Assembly: GCF_031769215.1 (NCBI RefSeq)
Contig: NW_026782423.1
Coordinates: 372,001-436,000 of the forward strand
DNA from: Ylistrum balloti
Lineage: Eukaryota
Length of the DNA: 64,000 nt
Direction: 5' to 3'
The notes beneath the pieces were generated by a model that was given only the letters and a program-made list of their open reading frames with translations, made no database searches and was not told the DNA's origin. The position numbers and the translations under genes are program-made. Of this stretch, positions 25,801 to 39,309 are shown piece after piece. Positions within the stretch are counted from its first letter, which is position 1. Every line of letters starts with the position of its first letter.

Positions 25801-28800
25801 GATTTTGATGTATAGAATGCAAATTATTATTGCTTGCGGATTGTGTCAGCTATTGGGACTGGACTCTGTAACTTCGATGTTTTATTTTGTGGCAAAGTCA
25901 GAATGATAATCCTTGCCAAGAGGGGTACATCAACTAGTCATGCTATTCATTCAACTGCAGAATTGACAGTTTTTGAGATTCATGTATTAGTAAACGCAAA
26001 TGGGATTTCTGTGTAATTGAATAATATACTAGATAATTCTTTTACCAAATATCAAGAAATTTCGAAGGTTATTTCATAAATTTAATTCCACAATTGGGAT
26101 ATATGAAAATACTTGATTTTTTATACCTACATTTACGAAACATTTTGATTGGACATTAATGTACTTTGTTTCCAATTTGTTTTATTTCCACTTTTTTTGT
26201 TTGAATATAGATCGTCACACCTAAAAATGTTTAAATGTGGGAGACGTCAGTATTTCTCTAAACTCTTGTGTCAATGGAATATGTGGAACACTTATGTTAG
26301 ATAAGACATTGATAGGTACGTCTGTTAATGTTGAATTTTCTTTTTCTGGTACTCGTCTTCTTTATGTTTACAGACCGCAAGACAGTTACGTGACTGGGTC
26401 GGTTTACGACCGCTGAGGTCTCCTGTACGTTTGGAAGCCCAAAAATTGCCAGGAAAGAAAACGGTATTGTCACGCACTCCTAAAATTCTATTTTTATATT
26501 TCATACTATCCTTAATGTCTCCTACCCCACATTCCCCGCTGACTAAATGTTGGGGTAATTTGAAATCTGAGATGGCCACCATGCCCGCCATCTTGAAAAA
26601 AACATATTCTTAACATCGTCTCCAGTTCTACTGGTCCCATTGAGTTAAAAATTGGTCGGAATGATTAGGAAAGGTAGCAAACCAAGTTTTGTTGTTTTTC
26701 GACCTTGTCAAAAGTCCACGTTTCTATATGAAGTACCATTAGATGGATGGTGGTTTCGTTTTTCCGAATATTGTTGAGAGAATCAATAACATTTCTTGAA
26801 AGGAGAGTGCTATTATAATGCAATCCATGTAAGCATAAACATAAATGAATTGCGGATAGAAATGATGAGGTAACGCAACCAATTGATATCCAACCAAGAT
26901 TATTACAATTTGATAAAGTCTCCTGTCTTTCAGGCAAATATAGTGTTCCTTATCAATATTAGTTACGCTAATCATGTACTGTCATTTTGATTAAGAATAC
27001 TATATATCAAGATCAATACTAGTACAGAAAAACACCACAAACCTGGTATTAAAGGGCAATTGTAAATTTAAATAAATGTTTTAACTGTATGTTATTAAAT
27101 ATATGACAGTGACAAAAGAAAATGATACATAGACGAACAATGAGGATTCGAAAACAAGTGCATAAGTACTCATATCGATTCGTCCCAAATGGATTGTAAC
27201 TAGTTGGAATGCAATCGCTGAAGAAGTAACATTAATGAGCTCAGTATCAGAATGGTTTAAGTACATTATATTGATTTAAAACACGAAGTATTCTGATATT
27301 TTGTATTCATACGTTAAATCTGTATTGTACATTTACACGTGTTACAAGCTTTCTCCAATAATACAGATTTCAAAGTTATTATAGATTGTTTTAACCAACA
27401 CAATAATTACACAAAAATAATCTTGCACTCAAATAGTTTAGACTCACAAATAAATCAGGATTTCCATATTACAGCTGATCGTCATTATACCCATTATACA
27501 TCATTATATTTCACATTGTAGTCTTAACTGATGGAAGTTTGGAGAGTGGAAGAGAAAGTATACAGTAGTTTCGACAGAATGGTTAAAAGAACAAATGGGA
27601 CTTTCAACTAGATTTCGTAAAAAAGGATTATCAAGAGAAATATATTTCATCTTTTACAGTTATAGTAATAGGATGGAGCAAGATCATTGAGAGAGTTGAC
27701 CTTCATGGACTTCTTAATGTTAGTGAGTGGTGGCTTATGCTTAACGTTGAAAAGAAGAGCATTCCGTTAGTCAACAGAAGACGGTGAAAAAGAGTCTTTA
27801 TTTTAATTTCATCTGACAGTAATTATTCGCGTTTTTAGTATAATGAGAATGAATGTCAGAATGACGAGCGGGGAGTATGTTAGGTTAGTAGGAGGGACAC
27901 TGATTATGATTAATCTGATGAAACTGTGTTGTTTTGTGTTTACATCTTCTCTCAATATGATCGTCCCAACCAGTGAAAATTGATGTCAATGCTAGCATTT
28001 TCTGACAATAAGCTCTTTTATGTTAATTGATCATATCTATGTCGGTAAGAACGTGTACCTTTACATGTATGCAAGAATGAAACAAAATCTAAACAAGCAC
28101 GTAATAAAGAGAAAAACTAAATTAACTTTATAGCAGAGTTTGTTTCAAGGCCACCAGACTCTTCAACTAATTCTGATGACAAAAGCAGGATGAAATTGTC
28201 ATAATTAAACCAAACAGTTTAAGATTACTTGTGCGTGTTTTATTAAGTGTATGTTACCAATCGCTAGACATAAGACATTAAAGACGTAAAAGTCTACACA
28301 GAATTATATTGTTATGGCATTGGTCGTTGTCATAGTTCGTCGGCATAACTGCATTTAAAAAAAACGCTATCAACATTTGATAAACGACAAAAACATACAC
28401 TAAATACACAGTTACATGCTTCTATTTATTGATTAAATGATTGATTATTGATAGGAAAATAAAATAAAACATGCAACAGTTAGTACAATTTTAATTTCAT
28501 TGATTACAGATTCGCAATGTTATAACTTACTTAAAAAAAAAAAAAAAAAACAGGAATGAAAAATAGAAACGATGGACCTACAAGTTCCATTAAAAAAATT
28601 GAATAATAATTAAATTAAAGTCATCTAGTACGTCATTAACTATTTCACTTACTCTCAGTGTTGTTTAAATACCTCAAGTTGAACCTCGTGCTAAATTTAT
28701 ATGGTAGATATGTTTTTTTCTTATATAAACAAAGTATTGATGTTAATGTACTACAAACTCAGAAAACATATATCCATGTGACATAAATTATGTAGCCGTT

Positions 28801-29217
28801 CGGATTTCTAAAATTGAGATGTCATTTATGAAAGATGTCTTAGAGTGTGATTTTAAAGCGCGCTAAAATGCAGAACTTGTGATGAAATTCAAAATGCACA
28901 TATAAAAAAGAAATGCATTTAAAATCCTTTTAATCGTATGATCGTATATTCAGATACATATAAGAAAATGACATTTCTATGTCAAACTTGATATCATTTT
29001 AGGTTAATATATATGCAATATACAAAACACATCACCTGGGTATGTTCACTGAATAACCAGGAAATCATGAAGTCAATTTCAAATATATATATTATAGGTC
29101 ATTCACAACTACGGACACAGCGGTTCTGGTGTGACCTTCCACTGGGGATGTGCCAAAGACACTGCTCACCTAGTGCAGCTGACATTGGAGACACATCAAT
29201 TGACCTCAAGGATGTAG
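19815..29217 (+). CDS. D-amino-acid oxidase / D-aspartate oxidase family flavoenzyme, 339 aa, complete
   Basis: Exons 19815-20002, 20760-20883, 21754-21830, 22152-22217, 22364-22418, 22951-23052, 24279-24358, 25001-25118, 26374-26463, 29098-29217. All GT-AG, phases consistent, total 1020 nt. Motifs: [14 protein letters not shown] (FAD binding), [55 protein letters not shown]-terminal SRM. DAO versus DDO orthology not resolved. Confidence 0.95.
25180..25760. repeat. Degenerate ~37-bp tandem repeat in oxidase intron 8
   Basis: Recurrent acagtacattatagtgctaaatgtgacgtctcataat-like units, roughly 14-15 diverged copies. Confidence 0.75.
26540..26680. mobile_element. HINE-like internal fragment
   Basis: gagatggccaccatgcccgccatcttgaaaa...aacatcgtctccagttctactggtcccattgagttaaaaattggt, matching the palindromic aagatggccgcc..gccatctt motif of bivalve HINE-type repeats. 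Confidence 0.45.
27845..28310 (+). repeat. Diverged direct duplicate, copy 1 (oxidase intron 9)
   Basis: Colinear blocks shared with 29735-30182: atgaatgtcagaatga..gggagtatgttag..gtaggaggga, accagtgaaaat..gtcaat, aaagcaggat.aaattg, gacattaaag..tctaca.agaattat. Confidence 0.75.
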
Positions 29218-29734
29218 AGGTCCTGTTTACAAAGACGGCAAATATATTTTCTTGGTAATTCCCGCGTCCGATGTATCAGTAATTTCATACAATCTGTAAA
29301 GGAACTCTAATGCATACAATATACACAAAATGAATGTTCATGCATAATTTTGATTTGAAGAAAAAATATTAGTAATTATTTAAATTTCAAATATACAATG
29401 AAGATATATATATGTCAATTAATATATTCTATATGAATATATAATTACCGAGAAGTGAATTTAAAATCTGATAAAGGTCAAGCATGACCAAAGCAAGACA
29501 AATCAATATAATGGAGATGCAAAGCGTTACACTTTCCTCGGATACTGCTGTTTATTGTTACAATAATAGGTATTACTTACATTTCACCACTGTTACTGGT
29601 ATTTGGATGTAGATCTTCTTTAATGCTGATGGTTTCAATATGGTTTGGCGATACTCAAATTTTAATGATTACATAAGCAATAACTTTTACTACACAATTT
29701 GTGATCAATATGAATATGAGAGTTGCTAGCATCA

Positions 29735-30182
29735 TGATAATGAATGTCGGAATGAAGAGCTGGGAGTATGTTAGATTGGTAGGAGGGATACTGCTCATGA
29801 TCAGTCTTCAATATGATGGTCCAAACCAGTGAAAATGTATGTCAATTCTAGTATATTATGACAATAAGCGCTTCTATATATTGAAATAAAAATAAAGGTA
29901 ATTGGTTCATATCTAGTATGTATAACAATTAAATAAATATCTATCATATCTATGTACATGATAACGTGTAATTTCACATGTATGCAGAAATATAGATGGA
30001 AAGAAATTAATATAAATATGTAATTACAGAAATATCTGGCTATAAATCAATTGATCTTTTACAAAAGCAGGATTAAATTGCTAAAATGAAACCAACAAGT
30101 TCAAGTACACATGTACGCGTTTCCATAAGTATATATTACGAATCACCAGACTTAGGACATTAAAGTCTACATAGAATTATTT
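29735..30182 (+). repeat. Diverged direct duplicate, copy 2 (downstream of the oxidase stop)
   Basis: Same colinear blocks as 27845-28310, with indels. Confidence 0.75.
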
Positions 30183-31581
30183 AACAAAATTTTGCATCAC
30201 CACAAAGTATAGTCTTTCAGGACCCGATTTTGGAAAAAATGGCTATTTGAGTGAACCTTTCCTTTTAAGATTATGAAAAACATCCCTAGTTATTTCTTTA
30301 TCAAAACACAGTAGAAAAGACAGAATTCAGAAGATGTTCAAATAGAAATTGAAGTCATTTTTCAAAATGTATTTGGGCTGCTTTGCAGTTTTAAGCTTGT
30401 TAAATGTTTTTGTTTTTCTCATAATCCAAATGTCATTATGCATTTTAGTGAATTCAATTTAAATGAAAGAGAAAAGGTCACCATGAAAATATCAATGAAT
30501 ATATGGTTTTCAGAACAAATGAAGAATGATATGCGAAAATGGATATTTCGTGTTGATCATATTCTGACACTTGTGTCAAAAGAAGCACCATTGCATATTG
30601 ATTTTCGCTTTGGATTAACTTTGTAAAATCTAACATTTAAAATATCATCACTAGAACGAAATATGAATATTTCGGCCATCAGACAAGCATCCTCAAAGAA
30701 GATCAGAATTTTAAATTTTACAAAGAACTTCCATTTCACGATGTGACGGGTATCTAGTAATGTATGTGCTGTATGACGTAATGGTAAAATCTGAAATTCA
30801 TCGTTAGTTTAATTTGAAATAGCGAAACATTATATAACATGGTTTTGCAGCAATCAGAAGATAATAAAGTATATTATTTAGCGTCATATACTACCTATAA
30901 ATGATCCTAAGCAAAATTAACGATTACAAACATAAGGCTTTTCGTTAGAAAAAACTCTATGTGAATATTCCGATATTACAATTGAAGACCAATCCAGTAT
31001 TTTCCCTTTATTTAGGCAATACTCAATATGTAGTTTATTGCAGAGATTTGCGTAATCCCTGTATGGATATTCTCTTCGTTATGTAATAGATACGATTTGA
31101 TATTTTCTTTAGGTGAAGTAAAATATACACGTATTACATCTTATTACGAATTTCATTTCATATTTGTGACATCATCCTGATATATTTAGCAAATAGCACG
31201 GCCAGTGATATGAAACATTTCTCGTTTACATTATGATTCAACTTCTGGATATAAAATATAGTCTACAAACGAAGAAAAGTTAGTCAAAAAAGAAATTTTA
31301 AACAAAGCCTGATGTAGCTGTATTTACCAAACGAGCTTTAAATTACAAAAAATGAATTGATAAGATAAACAATTTTTACGAGAAGTTTTACATTAAATAT
31401 TGAGTATAAACTGTAGATCAATTACTCATTGTAGTGTTATTCTTAGAATAGAAAAATATGTTATCATAAATCCATAGAGACATTATCGCCAATCCACTGA
31501 TCCCCAATTAGTTAATGTGCTGCGACAGACAAGGTATCAATAGCAGTAATATATTCACTGACGAAATTCAACAACAGCTTG

Positions 31582-34500
31582 TCAATTTTCCCTTTTCCCT
31601 GGTGTTACCACCACATAATCAAAATGGTCTACTTCGGGGACAGAAGTGTCACTTGCCGGACGCATGCTCATATCAACTTGACCACTTGATGTCGTGTCGG
31701 AAGACATTCTTCGAGGAGCATCAGTATGATTGATGGGAGTGATGTAGTTGTTATCCAATTGCTCACTCGTTGGATTTAAGTAATCCTGTTCGTTTCGTCG
31801 AATTGGTTGTTCATAATCGTAATCTTTATCACCATTGTGACCAGCTGATGGAGTAATGTCAGGTTCATTGTACGGATTATTGGCCTCCCCATTCGGAACA
31901 TTTAGGGAATCCTGTCTTACCATTTTAGTCTCGTCAAGATAATCATATTCTTCTACCGTCGTATCATTGACTGTGTCGTATGGGTCATGTGGGAATACAT
32001 CGTATCTATTACGGACTTCCGGCGGCACTATCATTGGATCTGGACGCTTTGTCCTGTAATCGTAAGAGAATCTGACAAGTCAAAGGCTTAATGTCGATTA
32101 ATACTTTTTATTTGTAATATGAATTCAAACACAGTTATATGCACATATTTAAATAGCTGATACTTCACTTTTATGTGCTTTTTCAGTTACGTTTTAATTC
32201 ATTCAATTAGTGATGCGGTTCAGAATATACCCGTGTACTTGACTTTCTTCTGAAATGATCAGGTTAATGAAAATTACGAATTTATTGAATAACGGAGATA
32301 GTGCATCTTTCAATTTACAAACTTTTGAGCTTCTTGTCCTCGTTTCACTGATTTTTTGTTTGAATAAATATTTCAGTTTGGATTCAGACCCTGTGATTTA
32401 ATGTAGATTTTGTTGATGATGTTGTAGCAAGATGCTTGGAAAAAAGTTTAGTTGGACGAGTAGACAACGTTTTCCTTGTAATGATTTTAACAAAAGATTT
32501 TCATGGTATCGTGTACTTACAACTTTTTATTCCTCAGACAAACGATGAGAATAATTGCTCCTACAACCAATATTGCTGCAGGTACACCGATTATGTATGG
32601 TATGTACTCTGAAAGCATATATTGAAATCCAGATACATTTCTTTTGTATGTAAATTGTGATGAAAAAATAGTTCCGTGTGTAAACAGCAAATGTCCATAA
32701 CCTTTCAAGCAATACAAGTCACATGAATGAAGGTTTCTTCATTATTCCATATCGATATGTGGAACGGATTGCTCCTTTTCGGTTGTATACCATTGAAAAT
32801 CTAAGCGGCCTATGTGGCTTAATTGTAAAATAATTTTCAAGTCATGAATGGAGACCCATCATTTCAAAATACAAGTTGGGTCTTTTTTTCGTTTTAATAT
32901 AAGGACGAAATGAGTTTTACGAAAATAAAATATATAATTAAAGGAAGTGATCAAAGATATCATAAGTAAAATAAATGAATTAATAAAAAAGACAAATACC
33001 GTTCAGGTCTATTTTTGTTGTGGCTGTAGTGGCGCTGACAACAGATTGTCCCGATGTGGTTGGCAACGTTGTTGATAGGGATGTATACTTAGGCACTTCG
33101 GTCGTTGATAAGTGAAGGTTCTCACAATCTGTCACCAGAAAAATGGCAAATGTATTGTCCTTCTATATAGTGTGGAAGTCCTTCATAAGTTCACGTATCA
33201 TTCGCAAAAAAAAAGGTTTCAAACACTCTCATTTCAAATGTGCTCAGAGAGAGATAGTTTAAAATAAATGCATTAAATTTTTTATCAGAAAGTGTAATAT
33301 ACTCGGTGATGTATCCGTTGAAATAATAAATATTACATTTATAATTACATCTATCTAGCTAAAGTTCAAGATCTCGAAACAAATATCATTAGTATACTTT
33401 AAGATAAATAAAATTTTGTCATCGTCATATGCAAATTAAGTATAGGCTTTAATAAGAGTTAAGCAAAGAACTTGAATCGGTTGAGCAATTGCACGTGTCT
33501 GGAAAAGTCAGCGGTGATCAGTTAAAAATTCTTTTTAAAATGGTTTCGACTGCCTGTCCATGGCTACACTGATATAAACTTTACTTAACAACAATTACAA
33601 AACAAGCTTTAAGCTTTATTCATCACTCTTGTAAGCCGAAATTGAAGCGTACGAGTATTCTTTCTTTAGGCGGAAAAGAGTACCCCGTGAATTTCCATAT
33701 GGCCGGGCAGGTGAAACCCGTACCATTTCACGTCCGTTCCGGGTATCGAGCTCAGGCCGGTTAGGTGAAAGGCAAGTGCATAACCACTGAGCCACCCGAC
33801 CACAAACCCAACCAATTGTTACACTTGCATAATGAATTGAGGGAAAGAATTAAAGACTGTTATATGTATCCTGTCTCGACTTGATGTATAAGTTAAATCA
33901 TATAAACTAAAATGACGGGTGCGATATTAGTACCGATACATTTGATTATACTAGAGGTACAGACACTGGAGTCTTCATTATTAAGTATGTCACACACTAA
34001 CACTCATCCACTAAATAGCCTAACCTATGATATACGGTACAAGCAACAATGCCGAAAGTAGCCGCAGAATAGAAACGTCGTAAAATGTCAAAACATGAAA
34101 TTAAGAAAAAATCATATTAATCCTATTTTTACATATGTTTTTTACACATTGAAACAAAATTGATAATGATACCGATCTTAAACATTTTAAAATGAAATTT
34201 TATGTACATAATTCTTTTAACATAATCTTACTTTCTTGCAAGCATTCTGTATGCAGGACTTGGATATTGTCCAGGGCAATTATGCTGTATATGTCATATC
34301 CCATGACGGCTTCAAACGATATCTGTAACAAGGAAAAATAAAACTTATCACCAATTAGCATTATACACACATATCGATAAATATTATATATATGCCATTT
34401 TTTTGGATGATAAAAGAAACTGTTTGTCAATTTTAGGTTTACCTTGAATCGAAGTGATGTTATATCGACTGCAGCACAATGCCATACATCACTTTGATTT

Positions 34501-36293
34501 CCACTTTTTTTCCACACAACATTATTGTCTACAAGAACATTCAGATCTCCCATCGTTTCTCCGAACATGTGATACCAGAAGCGTAGACATAGGCTATTGG
34601 TCGAAGCAGGTACTGTTATGTTACCAGTGTCGAGGGTTGCAGTATAATCATCCCCGACCCCTTTTGACGAGGTATCCAGGTAAACATAGAAATCTGTGAT
34701 GTGATAAATATCAAAACAGAAACTGATCCATAAATATATGTCAAAGTCGGCAACACATTTCCCATCAATTTCATATCACATGTACAAATTTTATATAATC
34801 CATATTTGAAATGAAATCGGCAACACATTTTCCATCAATTTCATATCATATGTTGTACAAATCTGATATAATTTATATCTGAAATGAAATCGGCAACACA
34901 TTTTCCATCAATTTCATATCATATGTTGTACACATTTTATATAATTCATATTTGAAATGAAATCGGCAACACATTTTCCATCAATTTCATATCATATGTT
35001 GTACACATTTTATATAATTCATATTTGAAATGAAATCGGCAACCCATTTTCCATCAATTTCATATCATATGTTGTACAAATCTGATATAATTTAAATTTG
35101 AAATGAAATCGGCAACACATTTTCCATCAATTTCATATCATATGTTGTACAAATTTTATATAATTCATATTTGAAATGAAATCGGCAACCCATTTTCCAT
35201 CAATTTCATATCATATGTTGTACAAATCTGATATAATTTAAATTTGAAATGAAATCGACAACACATTTTCCATCAATTTCATATCATATGTTGTACAAAT
35301 CTGATATAATTTAAATTTGAATATGAAATCGACAACACATTTTCCATCAATTTCATATCATATATTGTACAAATCTGATATAATTTAAATTTGAAATGAA
35401 ATCGACAACACATTTTCCATCAATTTCATATCATATGTTGTACAATATGTATAAAAACTTTTGATGAGCTTGATAACCTGTAGCATAAAATGGTCACACT
35501 AAATACGAGTTTAAGCAGAGCACCTTGTTTTTGTATCCATTACTTTTTTTGCGTTAGTTACTATTGTTTAATCTTTGCCGTACTCACTGCCGCTTTGAGC
35601 ATGTCTGGGTCCACTTCTGTCACTGAGAATACTAGGAAACTCAGTACGTGATAAGTTCTCATGAGTCCAACCACATAGATTTGTCTCGAAATCACACGCA
35701 ATATCTGAAAATATATCCAATATCAGTATACACATTAAACATTATAGGTACATGTACATTGTGTCGAAAGTGAACAAAGTTGATTTGCAAATGTAGCCTC
35801 AAAGACAATTAAACCCGGTCAGTATATAATATCATAGTATGTACAATGTTAGACCAGCAGTCTGTACACAAACGCCTATTTTCCTTAAGAATTTCAGTTA
35901 TCTGGGGTCGTATGTTACAGGAAGAAATATACTGTCTGGTAGAACAAGGAAGTGTATTAATAACTTCACAAAAACTACATATAAATTGCGAACATGTCGA
36001 CATAAAGCTCGCACTTGTTATGAATGTGACTTAAATTGTATAAAATTACTTACTGCTGTAAGAAGTATTTAAACACTTATACTCATCACACCCTGAATAT
36101 ACAATGTAACTAAATCTGACAAACCAGGATATAAGTGGTTAAAATATCTACACACACGAATCGTCGGAGAAGCCCATATTAACACGTATTATCTCATCGT
36201 GTACCTACCAAACACCGAAGTCTGTGTTCTGACTACAATACACTGTAGTATTGTAATGGTCACAGGTATTATCAAACATCCATGCCATCCCAT
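31582..36293 (-). CDS. Single-MAM-domain type I transmembrane protein with Ser/Thr stalk and Tyr-rich cytoplasmic tail, 410 aa
   Basis: Exons (minus): 36293-36209, 35704-35588, 34693-34443, 34322-34232, 33128-33000, 32608-32521, 32053-31582. GT-AG, phases consistent, 1233 nt. Signal peptide MGWHGCLIIPVTITILQCIVV; MAM motifs CDFETNLCGW, YVYLDTS, CLRFWYHMFG..MGDLNV, IALDNI; TM YIPYIIGVPAAILVVGAIILIVCL followed by RNKK. Confidence 0.88.
33600..33803 (-). mobile_element. tRNA-derived SINE (intron 4 of the MAM gene)
   Basis: Minus strand: ggtggctcagtggttatgcacttgcctttcacc (A box), gagctcgatacccgg (B-box-like), central ggggtactcttttccgcc block, tail ...acaagagtgatgaataaagc. Confidence 0.7.
34745..35446. 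repeat. 73-bp AT-rich minisatellite, ~10 copies, MAM gene intron 2
   Basis: gaaatgaaatcggcaacacattttccatcaatttcatatcatatgttgtac... recurs at 34808, 34881, 34954, 35027, 35100 and onward (period 73). Confidence 0.95.
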
Positions 36294-39080
36294 GCTGATA
36301 TCCGGCTTTCTATTTCATACACTTCACATCGTTCTTAACCATTTAGAAATAACACATATGTACCAGGATATTGTTGCTATACCTGTATTGGTTACAGGTA
36401 ATTTCGTTCTTCACGACTCGGTAAGCACGTCTGTATGTAGGTGTGTGTATTTAAATAACAAGACGTGCTATTACTTCCGGGTTGTGTTTGTGGAGAAATA
36501 GCCCAAGTTTGTCTGTGTAAGCGGAGGGGGTCAAAGTTGATTAAGTTAATTGAAGTACGAGGTCTTTTCTTCATGGTAACTCCCCCGCAATGTTCTTTGT
36601 ATCGGCTTAGTAGAACAAAGTGGAGTTTAAATATTTATATATATATGTTGTTTTTTCAAAACTGAAATTATTAAAATGTGTACATACAGCTTCAATGCCT
36701 AAATATTTATATAGAAGTAAAAATGAATGTCAGTAAAGATATGACGCCAGCATTAATTTCTGACCGGCACAGGCAATGGAAAACGATACAGTGTATATAA
36801 AAAGAACTAGATATGGGTGAACTCCCTAAACAACAAGCGATTAAAAGGTAAAAATGTTTCTGTATCTGTCTCAAGAGTGTGTTCCCGCATATGGTAGTCT
36901 CTATACCATGCGATGTTATAACAATGTTTGAATTTAATCATCTGAAAATAAAATTCAAATATTTTTCGATCAGTCAATCACCAAAAATGCGTATGTAGTC
37001 TTCTTGAATATGTACATGTGTTATTATTTTATCATAACAATTAACCATTTCAAGTTACGTGCACCAGTAAACGTTTCGCTTAAGATACATGTATCATACC
37101 GTTTTTTTCTGATTTTTTGAAATAAGGACAATGGTGTGAATGTTTTTTTGCCGGTCATATTGCTCTTAACATTCACTATACTTGAATTGCTTCCCTTTAA
37201 GCTGATAGGGTAGGGATTCAACTGTACCGCAAAATTTGGTTTTTACTAGGCTAACTGAACTCTTTAATATATTAGAAGTAAAATACAGACATAGAGACAT
37301 GTAGTAAAAATCAAATACAGACGTGTAGTAGAGCTGAAATTCAGATATACAGACGTGTTGAAACAATCCGAGACGTAAAAATGTTTGCTTAAATTGTCGG
37401 ATATTATCTTGTCCTAGCAGTTTATTCTCAACCATTCCAAATAAAATTTAAATGTTGAGATCATATTTGTTCGGGGTCAACATTATCTTTACTTATCGAC
37501 CTATTGACTTTTTTAATTCGATATCGCGTTCTGAATCTCTGACATCAAGACATACACCCATCGATATCATAATTTGGCCTTATATTGATAGAATTGATTA
37601 ATCGCTCACAGGAAAATGTAATCTTCTTAACAGATAAAGTTACTCGGCATTTCTATCCAAGTCTTCACTAAAAAAAATGAAGTCTAATATAACCAAGTCA
37701 TGTTTACTTGTACATAACTTCGTCATGGAAACTAGATAGTAGAGGCATATAACATGTTACGTATGTTACCTAAGTTATACTTCATTAGATATAAACGCTT
37801 TTTTTCATTTTCTATTTGTTTGTCAGAGTTATTCCTATATAAAAACGATATATCAGAGAAAAGGATTTTGCTAAAAGACTCCAAGTTGTTAAGTATTTTA
37901 CTGATCAAATCCGCAATGCTAAAAAGAATTTTGCATTAACATTTTGAACTTCACATTTATGTATATAAAAAGTACATGACATCGAATTTGATTGAAATGA
38001 TTGCTTAAGAGATTAACATACTTCTATACAAATTTAGAACATGATAAAGCAGAGCTGAATAAGGAATCAAACTGCACCAAACAACTGTTCTGGGATGATT
38101 TCAAAAGAACGTCCAGTGCATGCATTTTATCGTGCACTATATCACTGTGTGTGTCCCATGCATATATTACGGCGCGCAGTCTACGTACTGGAATCCCAAA
38201 AGATTGTACTTAAGACATTGGAAACGGCGGAGGAAAATAAAACTTCGTTGTAAGAAATGTCAACATGAGTAGCCGAGGAAGTAACTGTGCAAAACATTAA
38301 ATACACTAGCTCATTGTGATATCGTTAATTTGATCAAAAAAACTGACCAGTGTTATGTTTTTCGACTAATTCTCTTTTCGATGAGGTATTGACACTGTGG
38401 AGAACAGTTTACTTACGTCGTAGGTTAAGACAGATTGATCCTACTTAAGACTCACTTTGACCTGTAATGATTAAAAACAGAGTTATTCTATCGTATTTGA
38501 TGTGGTATGTAACTCCATTCACAACGGAAATTAATCTATCTTAGAGAGGTTTCACAACTTGACACGTGTGTGGTGCAATGTCTATAAAGCAAGACTCGAT
38601 ATGGTATTTACGGTCCGTTAAATGACAGAATGAGTGTAACCAAAACAATATTATGAGGTCCAACATACGTATATATCGAGTATCTTCTGTATTTTGCATT
38701 TATATATATATTGAATACGTCATAATGTCGTTACCATGCTATTAAAACAATAGCCTGAATATGGTCTTTAGGCCTTAAAACAGTTTTGCAGTTCCTGAAA
38801 AATATGAAATTCTTAGCTTTATGAAATAATATACTTGCTGGCAGTGATGTTTTAAACACAATGTTAAATCAGAAAGACACTACCTGTAGTCGATACAGGT
38901 CTGACAGTGTGAGGGAGAGTATTTTTTTTTCTCACATTTCGCTGATCACGGGTATATCACTCACAATTACTTAGATATGTTGTTATATATTCAATAACTT
39001 TCTTTTGTCAATATACTCCACACAGACCTAGATAGTTTCATTATACATTCAATCTTATACTTTTCCCTAATGAGGTAACT

Positions 39081-39309
39081 CTCTCTGTTGAACGCCAATG
39101 TACTTGGTGTACATCGGTTATTCTATCACTTCAACGGCAATACCTTAAGACAACTCGACAACACTTTTGAAATGTGTGGCAAAGTATGTATGTAACACTC
39201 CCTGTTGAACTTAAATGTACTTAATGTACATCGGTTATTCTATCACTTTAACAGCAATACGTTAGGACAACTCGACAACACTTTTGAAATGTGTGTCAAA
39301 GTATGTATC
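39081..39309. repeat. Two-copy 117-bp tandem duplication
   Basis: ctc(t/c)ctgttgaac...gtacatcggttattctatcact...gacaactcgacaacacttttgaaatgtgtg starts at 39081 and again at 39198. Confidence 0.85.

Noticed and set aside
25816-26016. Candidate oxidase exon 9 at tatag|AATGCA (ORF 25834-26016)
   Set aside because: The translation lacks the conserved WVGLRP motif. The exon at 26374-26463 supplies it with correct phases.
30200-30740. Possible DNA-transposon remnant downstream of the oxidase
   Set aside because: No TIR pair, TSD or transposase motif could be established by eye.
33740-33803. tRNA gene on the minus strand
   Set aside because: A- and B-box-like motifs are present, but no complete cloverleaf is evident and the sequence continues into a SINE body and tail.
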